A stretch of DNA of 34,060 nt from Phycisphaerae bacterium. Lineage in GTDB: Bacteria > Planctomycetota > Phycisphaerae > SM23-33. A program made the position numbers and the translations under genes. The stretch covers positions 1 through 34,060 of the forward strand of contig DASRZG010000099.1 of assembly GCA_035686585.1 (NCBI GenBank), given 5' to 3'. The notes beneath the pieces were generated by a model. It was given only the letters and a program-made list of their open reading frames with translations. It ran no database searches and was not told the origin of the DNA. Below are positions 1-8,973 of this stretch, piece by piece (the stretch's first letter is position 1; each line of letters opens with the position of its first letter).

Positions 1-400
1 TCGTGATCGCCGTGCCGAAGTCGGCCACCACGCACGCCGTCTCCAGCCGGAAGTACGCCATGGCGGCGGCGCAAAGCCGGTCGGTGCCGATCTTCTCCGG
101 GTGGGGCAGGTCGGTGTCGATCGGCAGGGGCAGCTCCCGCCCCACCAGCAGGACCTCGCGGTTCAGACGCGTCAGGACCGCATTTTCCACCGCCTCCAAC
201 ACCGGCGGACACACCGAGCACGCCGCCACGGTCTTGGGAGAAGGCATCTGGTCCCACACCTCTACCAGCGCGTCGCCCAGTCCGCCCATCTCATCGGCGG
301 ACACGCGCCGGCCCAGCGACGACTGCCGCTCCATCACGCAGCCCATCCCCACCCGCGTGTTACCCACGTCCAACGTCAGAACTGACTTCGCCCTCTCCAT
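1..400 (-). CDS. coaX: type III pantothenate kinase, N-terminal part (gene continues past the left edge)
   Basis: My own minus-strand translation from ATG 400-398 (GGAG upstream) gives MERAKSVLTLDVGNTRVGMG...EKIGTDRLCAAAMA...VVADFGTAIT. DxGNT, GxDR and DFGTAxT are the CoaX (ASKHA-fold) motifs. The gene is missing from the ORF track because no stop lies inside the window. The listed + ORF 3..671 is its antisense shadow. Confidence 0.75.
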   Translation of the reverse strand, partial: MERAKSVLTLDVGNTRVGMGCVMERQSSLGRRVSADEMGGLGDALVEVWDQMPSPKTVAACSVCPPVLEAVENAVLTRLNREVLLVGRELPLPIDTDLPHPEKIGTDRLCAAAMAYFRLETACVVADFGTAIT

Positions 401-479
401 CCTGGTTCTCCGGGCAGCCTCGAATCCCATCACCGGGGCGCCCACGCGTCTTTCGTGCCATTCGTGCCATTCGCGGACT

Positions 480-1574
<1,095 letters not shown>

Positions 1575-1808
1575 CTACACGACGTCGACGAACCGGCCTC
1601 GGAAACTCACCCGCCCGCCTTTCAGCGCGAACAGCGTGTCGTCCCGGCCCTTCCCCACGTTGGCGCCCGGGCGGAACGGCGTGCCGCACTGGCGCACGAT
1701 GATCGTGCCGGCGGAGACCTCCTCCCCGCCGAAGCGCTTCACGCCGCGGTGCTGGGCGTTGGAGTCCCGCCCGTTCCTCGACGAACCTTGTCCCTTCTTA
1801 TGTGCCAT
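1575..1808 (-). CDS. rpmA: 50S ribosomal protein L27
   Basis: 77 aa, [31 protein letters not shown]..., a full-length L27 signature. Confidence 0.95.
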   Translation of the reverse strand: MAHKKGQGSSRNGRDSNAQHRGVKRFGGEEVSAGTIIVRQCGTPFRPGANVGKGRDDTLFALKGGRVSFRGRFVDVV

Positions 1809-1875
1809 ATCGAACCTCGTACCTCAACTATCGGCTATCTTTCAGGTTGGGGGCAATCCCAAAGGCAGACGTATA

Positions 1876-1904
1876 AGGATATTCGCCCGCCCCGGGACAA
1901 TCAA
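1876..1904 (-). promoter_or_regulatory. candidate sigma70-type promoter for rpmA-obg
   Basis: On the minus strand: TTGATT (1904-1899), 17 nt spacer, TATCCT (1881-1876), about 70 nt upstream of the rpmA ATG. Motif match only. Confidence 0.3.
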
Positions 1905-1941
1905 GGCCCTGTGGGAGATTCCATTCGTTCGCGGCGGGTGT

Positions 1942-1981
1942 GCCGACGGCCCGTGACCGGCTGCTTTCCGGCTCCGTCGGC
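1942..1981 (-). terminator. GC-rich branched stem-loop after the exported hypothetical gene
   Basis: GCCGACGG (1942-1949) pairs with CCGTCGGC (1974-1981), with an inner CCGG/CCGG stem. It starts 8 nt after the stop. No U-tract. Confidence 0.4.
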
Positions 1982-1988
1982 CGCCCGG

Positions 1989-2654
1989 TCAACGCATGAT
2001 CCACGCTTTCCTGAGCAGCTCCGGCAGGACCCTCGGCCGGGCGGGGGCCTCGCCCGGGATGCTGTAGGACAGATGGAGCGTCTTGGCAAGGATCACCTCG
2101 TCCTTGGTGACCTGCCTGGGCTGGCCCTTGTCGTCCTTTTCGGTCACGGTCACCGGCGCGGGCAGTTTGACGACGGCCCGCTCGCCGCTGAGCCCGCCGA
2201 CGAAGACCTGGAATTTCCGGGCGTCGGGGTCGAAGTTCTCCCAGATCGCCACGCCGTCCTTGGCGTTGTCCTCGCCCTGGAGGATCCGCCCGCTGATCTC
2301 GGACAGGCTCGTCAGCAGCGGGTTGTTGTGGCGGGCGACGATGGCCTTGAAGACGGAGCTGGGCACGTTCTCGCCCGCACGGAGAATCTGTCCTGTCTCG
2401 GTGCACAGGTCGAAGCTGGGCACGTAGACCTGGTCGGCCTTGGTCTTGTTGGTGACGGTGAAGAGGATGTACCAGTAGGTCCGAGCCTCCTTCTGCCCGG
2501 GTGGGACGATCGTGATCGATTCGATCGGCCGGTAGTCAAACTCCAACTGCCAACTGATCGGCACGACGCTGGGGGTGGGAGGTGCGTCACTGCTGGCAAC
2601 GGCGGCGGTCAACGCCACCGCGGCGACCAACAGCAGGTAAGCGATAGACTTCAT
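1989..2654 (-). CDS. exported hypothetical protein (Sec signal peptide, no family recognised)
   Basis: ORF 1989..2693, trimmed to ATG 2654 with AAGGAG 7 nt upstream. MKSIAYLLLVAAVALTAAVASS looks like a signal peptide. Third-codon positions are GC-rich, consistent with coding. Confidence 0.6.
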   Translation of the reverse strand: MKSIAYLLLVAAVALTAAVASSDAPPTPSVVPISWQLEFDYRPIESITIVPPGQKEARTYWYILFTVTNKTKADQVYVPSFDLCTETGQILRAGENVPSSVFKAIVARHNNPLLTSLSEISGRILQGEDNAKDGVAIWENFDPDARKFQVFVGGLSGERAVVKLPAPVTVTEKDDKGQPRQVTKDEVILAKTLHLSYSIPGEAPARPRVLPELLRKAWIMR

Positions 2655-2808
2655 GCCAAGGCTCCTTGCCGACTGAGGATAGAACCCGGGCACAGCCCGG
2701 CATCATCCTGGATGTAGCCTACGCAACCTGCCGCCCTCTGTCAACGCCCCAGGAGGGGAAAATCCGGCCTGTTCCCCCCGGGTGCGTCTTGGCGGTAGGA
2801 TATGCCCC

Positions 2809-3765
2809 ATGCTCCGCATCGAGCCGGTTCGACCTGGCGACCGCGATCGGGCGGTGTCGGTCCTGCTGGGAAGGGCCGTCCCGCCTCGGCAGGTCCACGC
2901 CCTGCTGGACGCGTTGTGCGGACCCAGGGGCGCCGAGTACATGTTCTGGTGCGCCCGGGGCCTGCGCGGCATTCGGGCGGCGGCGATGGGCCATCTGGGC
3001 CCCGGGCGGATCGCGACGGTGTTCCATTCCCGCCCCCGGCGGGACCGGGACGTCCGCGTCCTGTCGGAGCTGTTGAGCAGGATGACCGAGGCGATCTTCG
3101 AGGCCGACTGCGTGTATGTGCAGTCGCTGGTGCCTCCCTCGCAGCGGCTGGCGGCCGAGGTGTGCGCGGGTGCGGGGTACGCGTACCTGGCGCAGCTGAT
3201 CTACCTTCGCCTGCCCGTTCGCCCCGCCCCGACGGTCCCGGCCGACGCGCTGGACTGGAAGACCGTAGACGGCACGGGCGACGAGCTGCTCAAGCGGGTA
3301 ATCGCCGAGACGTACGTGGACAGCATGGACTGCCCCGGCCTGGTGGGGCTGCGGAGCATGGACGACGTCCTTGCCGGGCACCGCGCCAGCGGCGTCTACA
3401 CCCCCGCCGGCTGGCTGCTGCCGCACAAGGGGGGCGAATGCGTCGGGTGCATCCTGGTCAACGACGCCGGCGAGCGGTCCGCGGGCACGGACGTGGTTTA
3501 CCTGGGCGTCCGGCCGCCGTGGCGGCGGCAGGGGCTCGCCCGCGCGATGCTGGCCCGCGCCGTGGCTTACGCCGCGTCGCGCCGGAAGTCGTCGATCGCC
3601 CTGGCCGTGGACGCCGCGAACACCCCGGCGGTGAACCTGTACCGTTCGGCCGGGTTCACCGAGACCGACCGGCGCGACGTGTGGGCCAAGTGCCGCCTCC
3701 GGGACGGGCAGCCCGGACGGGATTTGAGGGGCGGTGAGGGCGGCTCGTGGACGAATTGTGCATAA
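2809..3765 (+). CDS. GNAT family N-acetyltransferase, possibly tandem-GNAT architecture
   Basis: ORF 2782..3765 starts at a GTG; I prefer ATG 2809 (MLRIEPVRPGD). The C-terminal half carries the acetyl-CoA motif A, VVYLGVRPPWRRQGLARAML...NTPAVNLYRSAGF. Reading the N-terminal half as a second, degenerate GNAT fold is inference only. Confidence 0.7.
   Translation: MLRIEPVRPGDRDRAVSVLLGRAVPPRQVHALLDALCGPRGAEYMFWCARGLRGIRAAAMGHLGPGRIATVFHSRPRRDRDVRVLSELLSRMTEAIFEADCVYVQSLVPPSQRLAAEVCAGAGYAYLAQLIYLRLPVRPAPTVPADALDWKTVDGTGDELLKRVIAETYVDSMDCPGLVGLRSMDDVLAGHRASGVYTPAGWLLPHKGGECVGCILVNDAGERSAGTDVVYLGVRPPWRRQGLARAMLARAVAYAASRRKSSIALAVDAANTPAVNLYRSAGFTETDRRDVWAKCRLRDGQPGRDLRGGEGGSWTNCA
3757..3765 (-). 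promoter_or_regulatory. DnaA box, 8/9 match (TGTGCATAA)
   Basis: Same orientation as the perfect box and 59 nt to its left. It overlaps the stop codon of the GNAT gene and is followed by an A7 tract at 3775-3781. Confidence 0.4.
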
Positions 3766-3824
3766 CTGGTGGACGAAAAAAAGTTTCGCCCGGCAACCCC
3801 GCGATGCGCCGCGTCTTGTTGGAA

Positions 3825-3833
3825 TGTGGATAA
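3825..3833 (-). promoter_or_regulatory. perfect DnaA box (TTATCCACA on the minus strand)
   Basis: The plus strand reads TGTGGATAA at 3825-3833, 163 nt upstream of the dnaA ATG. Confidence 0.7.
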
Positions 3834-3995
3834 GAATTGGCTCAACTGCGCCGTTGACCCCATTCCATATGCCTTGTACATTCACTTCCGTCAGTTGTCG
3901 CTTCTACCAGGGAGTTCGATGAACTGATCCTCGCCTTTCGTCGGGCAGGATGGGTGGTTCATCCAGCCGTCTCCGCAGGGACAGAAGGACCGATA

Positions 3996-5408
3996 ATGAA
4001 CAGACCAGGGAATGTCTGCGCGCAGGACGATCGCACGAAAGAGATCCTCGGCGTTCTCGGCCGGCGAATCGGCCCCCAGAAATTCAACGCCTGGTTCAAG
4101 CACGGCACGTCCATCGGCCTGGAAGACGGCCACGTCAAGATCGGCGCCGCCAATCCCTTTATCGCCAGTTGGATCGAGAGGCACTTCGCCGAGGACGTGT
4201 CCGCCTCGGCCGCGGAGGTCACCGGCGAAAGCCTCCGGCTGATCGTCAGCGTCGACTCCGACCTCAGCGGGCGCCTCCGCAAGCGTCAGCTCGACACGCA
4301 GGCCATGCTCGTATCTCGCGGCACGGCCGGCACGACGCGCCAGTCCCCCAGGCCCGCCCGACGGCTCCGGTATCATCTGGAGGACTTCGTCGTGGGCCCG
4401 TCCAACCGCCTGGCGTACTCGGCCGCCGAGGAGGTCAGCAAGACCGGGCAGGCGCCGTTCAATCCGCTGTTTATCCACGGCACGTGCGGGGTGGGCAAGA
4501 CGCACCTGCTCCAGGGCATCTGCAACGCGGTGACGGACAGGCCTTCGGGCGCAGCCACCCGGTGGAAGTACATCACGGCCGAGCAGTTCACCAACGAGTT
4601 CGTGCAGGCGGTGCGGAAGAAGAAGGTGGAGGGCTTCCGCCAGGCGTACCGGCACCTGGACGTGCTGGTGATCGACGACGTGCACTTCCTGGCGGCCAAG
4701 AAGGCGACGCAGGAGGAGTTCCTGCACACCTTCAACACCATCGAGGGCGCGGGCAAGCAGGTGATCATGGCCTCCGACGCCCATCCCAAGATGCTGGGGC
4801 AGTTGGCCGAACAACTGGTCAGCCGGTTTATGTCCGGCATGGTGGTCCGGGTCGACCCGCCCACGCGGGATACGCGGGTGAAGATCCTTCGGCGGTTCGC
4901 GACCCGGCTGCACCTGGAGGTGCCGGACGACGTGGCGGACTACGTGGCCATGCACACCCGCGGATCGGTCCGCGAGCTGGAAGGGGCGCTGCTGAAGCTG
5001 GCGGCGCTGGCGGCGCTGGCCCGCGAGCCGGTGACGCTGGAGCTGGCCCGCGACGCCTTGGCCGATCACCTCGCCCAGACCGACAGCGCCGTCACCCTCG
5101 GGGACATCGAGACGGTGGTGGCGGCGTTCTTTGGGATCACCCCGGCGGACCTGCACTCCACGCGGCGGACCCACACAGTCAGCCTCGCCCGGGGCGTGGC
5201 GATGTTTCTGGCGCGAAGGCACACGCGGATGAGCTTCCCCGAGATCGGCAGGTTCATGGGCAAGAACCACTCTTCGGCCGTCCTGGCCGTGCAGCGCGTG
5301 GACAAGCAGCTCCAGGAGAAGGCGACCTGGCGATGGATGACGCCCGCCGGCCCCAAGTCGATGCTCTGCGAGGGCCTGCTGGAGCTGCTGACCGAACAGA
5401 TCGCATGA
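3996..5408 (+). CDS. dnaA: chromosomal replication initiator protein DnaA
   Basis: ORF 3954..5408, trimmed to ATG 3996 (GAAGGA 6 nt upstream). Walker A GTCGVGKTHLL and Walker B VLVIDDVHFL are present, with a C-terminal DNA-binding domain ...GKNHSSAVLAVQRV. A perfect DnaA box lies 160 nt upstream. Confidence 0.95.
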   Translation: MNRPGNVCAQDDRTKEILGVLGRRIGPQKFNAWFKHGTSIGLEDGHVKIGAANPFIASWIERHFAEDVSASAAEVTGESLRLIVSVDSDLSGRLRKRQLDTQAMLVSRGTAGTTRQSPRPARRLRYHLEDFVVGPSNRLAYSAAEEVSKTGQAPFNPLFIHGTCGVGKTHLLQGICNAVTDRPSGAATRWKYITAEQFTNEFVQAVRKKKVEGFRQAYRHLDVLVIDDVHFLAAKKATQEEFLHTFNTIEGAGKQVIMASDAHPKMLGQLAEQLVSRFMSGMVVRVDPPTRDTRVKILRRFATRLHLEVPDDVADYVAMHTRGSVRELEGALLKLAALAALAREPVTLELARDALADHLAQTDSAVTLGDIETVVAAFFGITPADLHSTRRTHTVSLARGVAMFLARRHTRMSFPEIGRFMGKNHSSAVLAVQRVDKQLQEKATWRWMTPAGPKSMLCEGLLELLTEQIA

Positions 5409-5450
5409 CGCGCCGGATGGCGCCGGCGCGGTAGCTGCACTTCACGGACG

Positions 5451-5492
5451 GGCGTCCGGACGGGTTGTACGGAAACGATCCGTCCGGACGCC
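5451..5492 (+). terminator. 13-bp perfect stem-loop downstream of dnaA
   Basis: GGCGTCCGGACGG (5451-5463), 16-nt loop, CCGTCCGGACGCC (5480-5492), 43 nt after the dnaA stop. No U-tract. Confidence 0.55.
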
Positions 5493-5587
5493 GGAGTCTG
5501 TCTCGAAAGGGGAAGACCGCGCCTACAATGCATTGAAACCTTTCCGGCTGAACATGTTGAGAGGCCCTCACCGGCGGTGCGACTCCG

Positions 5588-6874
5588 ATGATCGAAAGAC
5601 TGGCGGATATCCCGGCTGCATTCTGGACCGTTCTCAGCGAAATGGCCCCCTTCCTGCTATTCGGATTCCTTATCGCCGGCGTGCTCTCGGTGCTGATCCG
5701 GCCGGAGACGATCGAACGCCACCTCGGCGGACGCGGGCTGTGGCAGGTGCTCAAGGCCGCCGCCATCGGCGTGCCCCTGCCGCTTTGTTCCTGCGGCGTG
5801 ATCCCCGTCGCGGCGTCGCTGCGCCGGCACGGGGCCAGCCGGGGTGCCACCACGGCCTTCCTGATCTCCACCCCCCAGGACGGCGTCGACAGCATCATGG
5901 TCTCCTTCAGCCTGCTGGGGGCGCCGTTTGCGATCTTCCGTCCCATCGTGGCCCTGATCAGCGGTCTGGTCGGCGGGGCGATCGTCACGCTGTTCCACGA
6001 CAAACCCCAAGCCGAAACCGAGGCTGCCCCGGGCAACGCCGGCAACTGTACGGACGACTGCTGCAATCCCGAGCGCGGCGGCAGGGTGATGCGGATTCTC
6101 CGCCACGGGTTCGTCACTCTGCCCGCCGACATCGGCAGGAGCCTGCTGATCGGCCTGCTCGTCGCGGCCCTGCTGACCGCGATCATCCCGAAGGGCTACT
6201 TCGCCACCCATCTGGGCCGGGGCCTGGTGCCGATCCTGGTGATGATGGCGCTGGGCGTGCCGGTCTACGTCTGCGCGACCGCGTCCATCCCCATCGCCGC
6301 CGCCCTGGTGATCGAGGGGGGCATCTCTCCGGGCGCCGCCCTGGCGTTCCTGATGACCGGCCCGGCCACCAACGCCGCCACCATCGCGACCATCTGGAGG
6401 ACCATGGGCCACAAGACGGCCGTGGCGTATCTGCTGACCGTCGCTATCTCCGCCCTGGCGGCGGGGCTGACGATGGACTACGTCTTCCACGTCCAAGGCA
6501 TCCGCGCGGCGCCGGGGCTGCACATGATGGAAGGCGGGTGGTTCATCGCCTTCCGTTGGGTCTGCGCCGTGGTGCTTCTGGCGGTGCTGTGCTGGCCGAT
6601 GGTCTTCCCGCTGCTGCGTCGCCGGGTGGGGCACGTCCCTGCCGGCGAGAAGGCGGCCCACCTCCGCCTGGCCGTCGAGGGCATGACCTGCCACCACTGC
6701 GTCGGCAGCGTCCGCCAGGCCCTGCAGGCGTGCGCGGGCGTGACCGAGGTCCACGTGGACCTGGACGCCGGCTCGGCGCAGGTGGCCGGGGAGGGCCTCG
6801 ACCCGGACGCGCTGTGCGCGGCCGTGCACGCGCTGGGCTACTCGGCCCGCGCCGCCGGCCCAGGCGCCGACTGA
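5588..6874 (+). CDS. predicted metal permease (DUF318/ArsP-like, SO_0444-type) fused to a C-terminal heavy-metal-associated (HMA) domain
   Basis: Polytopic membrane protein with the family-typical PLPLCSCGVIPVAASL motif and a Cys-rich loop, NCTDDCCNPE. The C-terminal roughly 65 aa, LAVEGMTCHHCVGSVRQAL...VHVDL, is an HMA fold with GMTCxxC. Confidence 0.78.
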   Translation: MIERLADIPAAFWTVLSEMAPFLLFGFLIAGVLSVLIRPETIERHLGGRGLWQVLKAAAIGVPLPLCSCGVIPVAASLRRHGASRGATTAFLISTPQDGVDSIMVSFSLLGAPFAIFRPIVALISGLVGGAIVTLFHDKPQAETEAAPGNAGNCTDDCCNPERGGRVMRILRHGFVTLPADIGRSLLIGLLVAALLTAIIPKGYFATHLGRGLVPILVMMALGVPVYVCATASIPIAAALVIEGGISPGAALAFLMTGPATNAATIATIWRTMGHKTAVAYLLTVAISALAAGLTMDYVFHVQGIRAAPGLHMMEGGWFIAFRWVCAVVLLAVLCWPMVFPLLRRRVGHVPAGEKAAHLRLAVEGMTCHHCVGSVRQALQACAGVTEVHVDLDAGSAQVAGEGLDPDALCAAVHALGYSARAAGPGAD

Positions 6875-6920
6875 CCCGCCGGCTCGCTTGCCGCGCTCGA
6901 TAAACCTCGCTTGGGGTCCA

Positions 6921-6934
6921 TATTAGCACTAATA
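6921..6934. promoter_or_regulatory. 14-bp palindrome TATTAG-CA-CTAATA in an AT-rich island (candidate operator)
   Basis: Perfect 6+6 inverted repeat inside the only strongly AT-rich stretch (about 6900-6970) of this intergenic region, 180 nt upstream of the glutamate-synthase-like gene. Confidence 0.3.
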
Positions 6935-6937
6935 ATA

Positions 6938-6965
6938 TTGCGCTGCCTCCCTATCGGCATATAGT
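6938..6965 (+). promoter_or_regulatory. candidate promoter TTGCGC-16 nt-TATAGT
   Basis: -35-like hexamer at 6938-6943 and -10-like hexamer at 6960-6965, immediately right of the palindrome. Motif match only. Confidence 0.25.
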
Positions 6966-7115
6966 TATTGGCCTCTGCAGCAGTGATGATGGCGGCGTGC
7001 TCCCGGGACCGCGAGTCGGGCGTGTCCGCCCAACGTGGCAACGCCGGCCAACCGCAGCCGTCCCGCGCGGAGACGGCAAGGGTCGGCGTCAGGCATTTCG
7101 GAAAGGGACGGCACA

Positions 7116-8717
7116 ATGAATCTCCAGCAACCCAACGCCAACGAAGTCACGCAGACCGCCAACCGGTCGCGCAGCGTATCGCCCGTCTCGGGCATCTGCA
7201 CGCGCTGCATCGACGGCTGCCGCGGCAACTGCGAGGTCTTCAAGGCCTCGTTCCGCGGCCGGGAAGTCCTCTATCCCGGCCCGTTCGGCACGTTGACCGC
7301 CGGCGCGGACAAGAACTACCCGATCGACTACTCCCACCTGAACATCCAGGGCTATGCGATGGGCGCCGAGGGGCTGCCGGAGGGGCAGACGGGCCACCCG
7401 GACAACACCCTGTTCCCGATGGTGGACACGGAGACCTCCTACGGCGTCGCCGAGCCGCACGTCAGGATGCGCCTGCCGGTGTTCACGGGCGCGCTGGGCT
7501 CGACGGAGATCGCGCGGAAGAACTGGGAGCACTTCGCCGCCGGCGCGGGCGTGGCGGGCATCTCGCTGGTCTGCGGCGAGAACGTCTGCGGGATCGACCC
7601 GGGCCTGGAGCGCGGCAAGGACGGCAAGGTCACCCGCTCGCCGGACATGGAGCGCCGCGTCGGGCAGTACAATCGCTGGCACGAAGGTTACGGCGACCTG
7701 GTGATCCAGATGAACGTCGAGGACACCCGCCTGGGCGTCGCCGAGTACGCCGTCGGCACGCTGGGCGTCGAGACGATCGAGCTGAAGTGGGGCCAGGGCG
7801 CCAAGTGCATCGGCGGCGAGATCCAGGTCGACTCGCTCGAGCGGGCGCTGGAGCTGCAGAGCCGCGGCTACCTGGTCACCCCCGACCCGTCCAACGAGGC
7901 CAACCAGGCCGCCTTCCGCGATCATGCGCTGAAGCACTTCGAGCGGCACTCCCGGCTCGGGTTCGTCGACCAGGCCGCCTTCATGGCCGAGGTCGCCCGC
8001 GTCCGCAAGCTGGGCGCCAAGCGCGTCTCGCTCAAGACGGGCGCCTATCCCATGCGGGAGCTGGCGATGGCGATCAAGTGGGCCTCGGACGCGAAGCTGG
8101 ACCTGCTGACCATCGACGGCGCGCCGGGCGGCACGGGCATGAGCCCCTGGCGGATGATGGAGGAATGGGGCGTCCCGACGTTCTACCTCCAGTCCATGAC
8201 CTACGAGCTGTGCCAGCGGCTGCGGGCCAAGGGCGCGTTCGTGCCGGACATCGCCATCGCCGGCGGGTTCAGCACCGAGGACCACATCTTCAAGGTCATC
8301 GCCATGGGCGCCCCGTACGTCAAGGCCGTCTGCATGGGCCGGGCGCTGATGATCCCCGGCATGGTCGGCAAGAACATCGGCCTGTGGCTGCAGGAAGGCA
8401 AGAACGCCCTCCCCAAGACCGTCAGCGAGTTCGGCTCGACGAAGGAGGAGATCTTCATCGGCTACGAGACGCTGGTGAAGAAGTACGGCAAGAAGACCGC
8501 CGAAGAGCTGCCGCTGGGCGCGGTGGCGATGTCGTGCTTCACCGACAAGCTCCGCACCGGCTTGCAGCAGTTGATGGCCGGCAGCCGGAACTTCCGCGTG
8601 AGCACCATCAGCCGCGAGGACCTGATGGCCCTGACCGAGGAGGCCGCCAAGGTCTCCGGCATCCCCTACGTCATGGACGCCTATCGCCAGCAGGCGCTGG
8701 ACATCATCGACGCGTAA
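7116..8717 (+). CDS. FMN-binding glutamate synthase family protein (GltB domain-2-like, stand-alone)
   Basis: ORF 7035..8717, trimmed to ATG 7116 (GAAAGGGA upstream). N-terminal Cys cluster CTRCIDGCRGNCEVF. Synthase-domain motifs IELKWGQGAK, IDGAPGGTGMSP and IAIAGGF are present. There is no amidotransferase domain and no gltD partner in the window. Confidence 0.85.
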   Translation: MNLQQPNANEVTQTANRSRSVSPVSGICTRCIDGCRGNCEVFKASFRGREVLYPGPFGTLTAGADKNYPIDYSHLNIQGYAMGAEGLPEGQTGHPDNTLFPMVDTETSYGVAEPHVRMRLPVFTGALGSTEIARKNWEHFAAGAGVAGISLVCGENVCGIDPGLERGKDGKVTRSPDMERRVGQYNRWHEGYGDLVIQMNVEDTRLGVAEYAVGTLGVETIELKWGQGAKCIGGEIQVDSLERALELQSRGYLVTPDPSNEANQAAFRDHALKHFERHSRLGFVDQAAFMAEVARVRKLGAKRVSLKTGAYPMRELAMAIKWASDAKLDLLTIDGAPGGTGMSPWRMMEEWGVPTFYLQSMTYELCQRLRAKGAFVPDIAIAGGFSTEDHIFKVIAMGAPYVKAVCMGRALMIPGMVGKNIGLWLQEGKNALPKTVSEFGSTKEEIFIGYETLVKKYGKKTAEELPLGAVAMSCFTDKLRTGLQQLMAGSRNFRVSTISREDLMALTEEAAKVSGIPYVMDAYRQQALDIIDA

Positions 8718-8751
8718 GCGCCGTCCGTCGACATCGCATCCGAGAGCATGA

Positions 8752-8786
8752 ATCCCCCTGTCCGTCCCCGCGGCGGACAGGGGGAT
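8752..8786 (+). terminator. 13-bp stem-loop after the glutamate-synthase-like gene
   Basis: ATCCCCCTGTCCG (8752-8764), 9-nt loop, CGGACAGGGGGAT (8774-8786), followed by CTCTTC. It begins 35 nt after the stop. Confidence 0.6.
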
Positions 8787-8795
8787 CTCTTCGCG

Positions 8796-8845
8796 CCGCT
8801 TGCGGTTTGGCGAAGTCGGGACGAGCCGGACACTCCCCCCTCACA
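8796..8845 (+). repeat. bipartite intergenic motif, copy A (CCGCTTGCGGTTTgGCGA ... GGACACTCCCCCCTCACA)
   Basis: Box 1 at 8796-8813 matches copies B and C at 17/18 positions. The C-rich box 2 is at 8828-8845. It lies upstream of the ACT-domain gene. Confidence 0.6.
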
Positions 8846-8973
8846 CCGAACCGACCTCCCCCGCGCGATCCCTGTGCTAACGAAAACTCCCTCAACCTGC
8901 CGACGAAACGTGCAGCGGCGCGCTTCGGGCGCGGCGGGTGGCGCGGGTCAGGTCCAAAGGTGGAGAAACGGCA

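Noticed and set aside
6966-7115. A possible glutamine (glnA-type) riboswitch or other known riboswitch in the leader of the glutamate-synthase-like gene, and likewise in the 8787-8973 leader.
   Set aside because: I could not find the conserved cores (for example the GGACGGAAGUAGG-like core of the glnA RNA) by eye; only generic GC hairpins are present. An Infernal scan is needed before making any claim.
7035-7115. Longer N-terminal extensions offered by the ORF track (7035 here; also 1520, 2693, 3954, 18104, 23209, 29416 and 32980).
   Set aside because: The internal ATG starts coincide with canonical family N-termini or signal peptides and have purine-rich SD sequences 6-9 nt upstream. The extensions run through hairpins, repeats or the preceding gene.
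8947-8955. GTCAGGTCC, reminiscent of the SRP (4.5S) RNA helix-8 motif GUCAGGUCCGGAAGG.
   Set aside because: The following sequence (AAAGGTGGAG) lacks the GGAA tetraloop and its complementary strand. It is instead the Shine-Dalgarno region of the ACT-domain gene.
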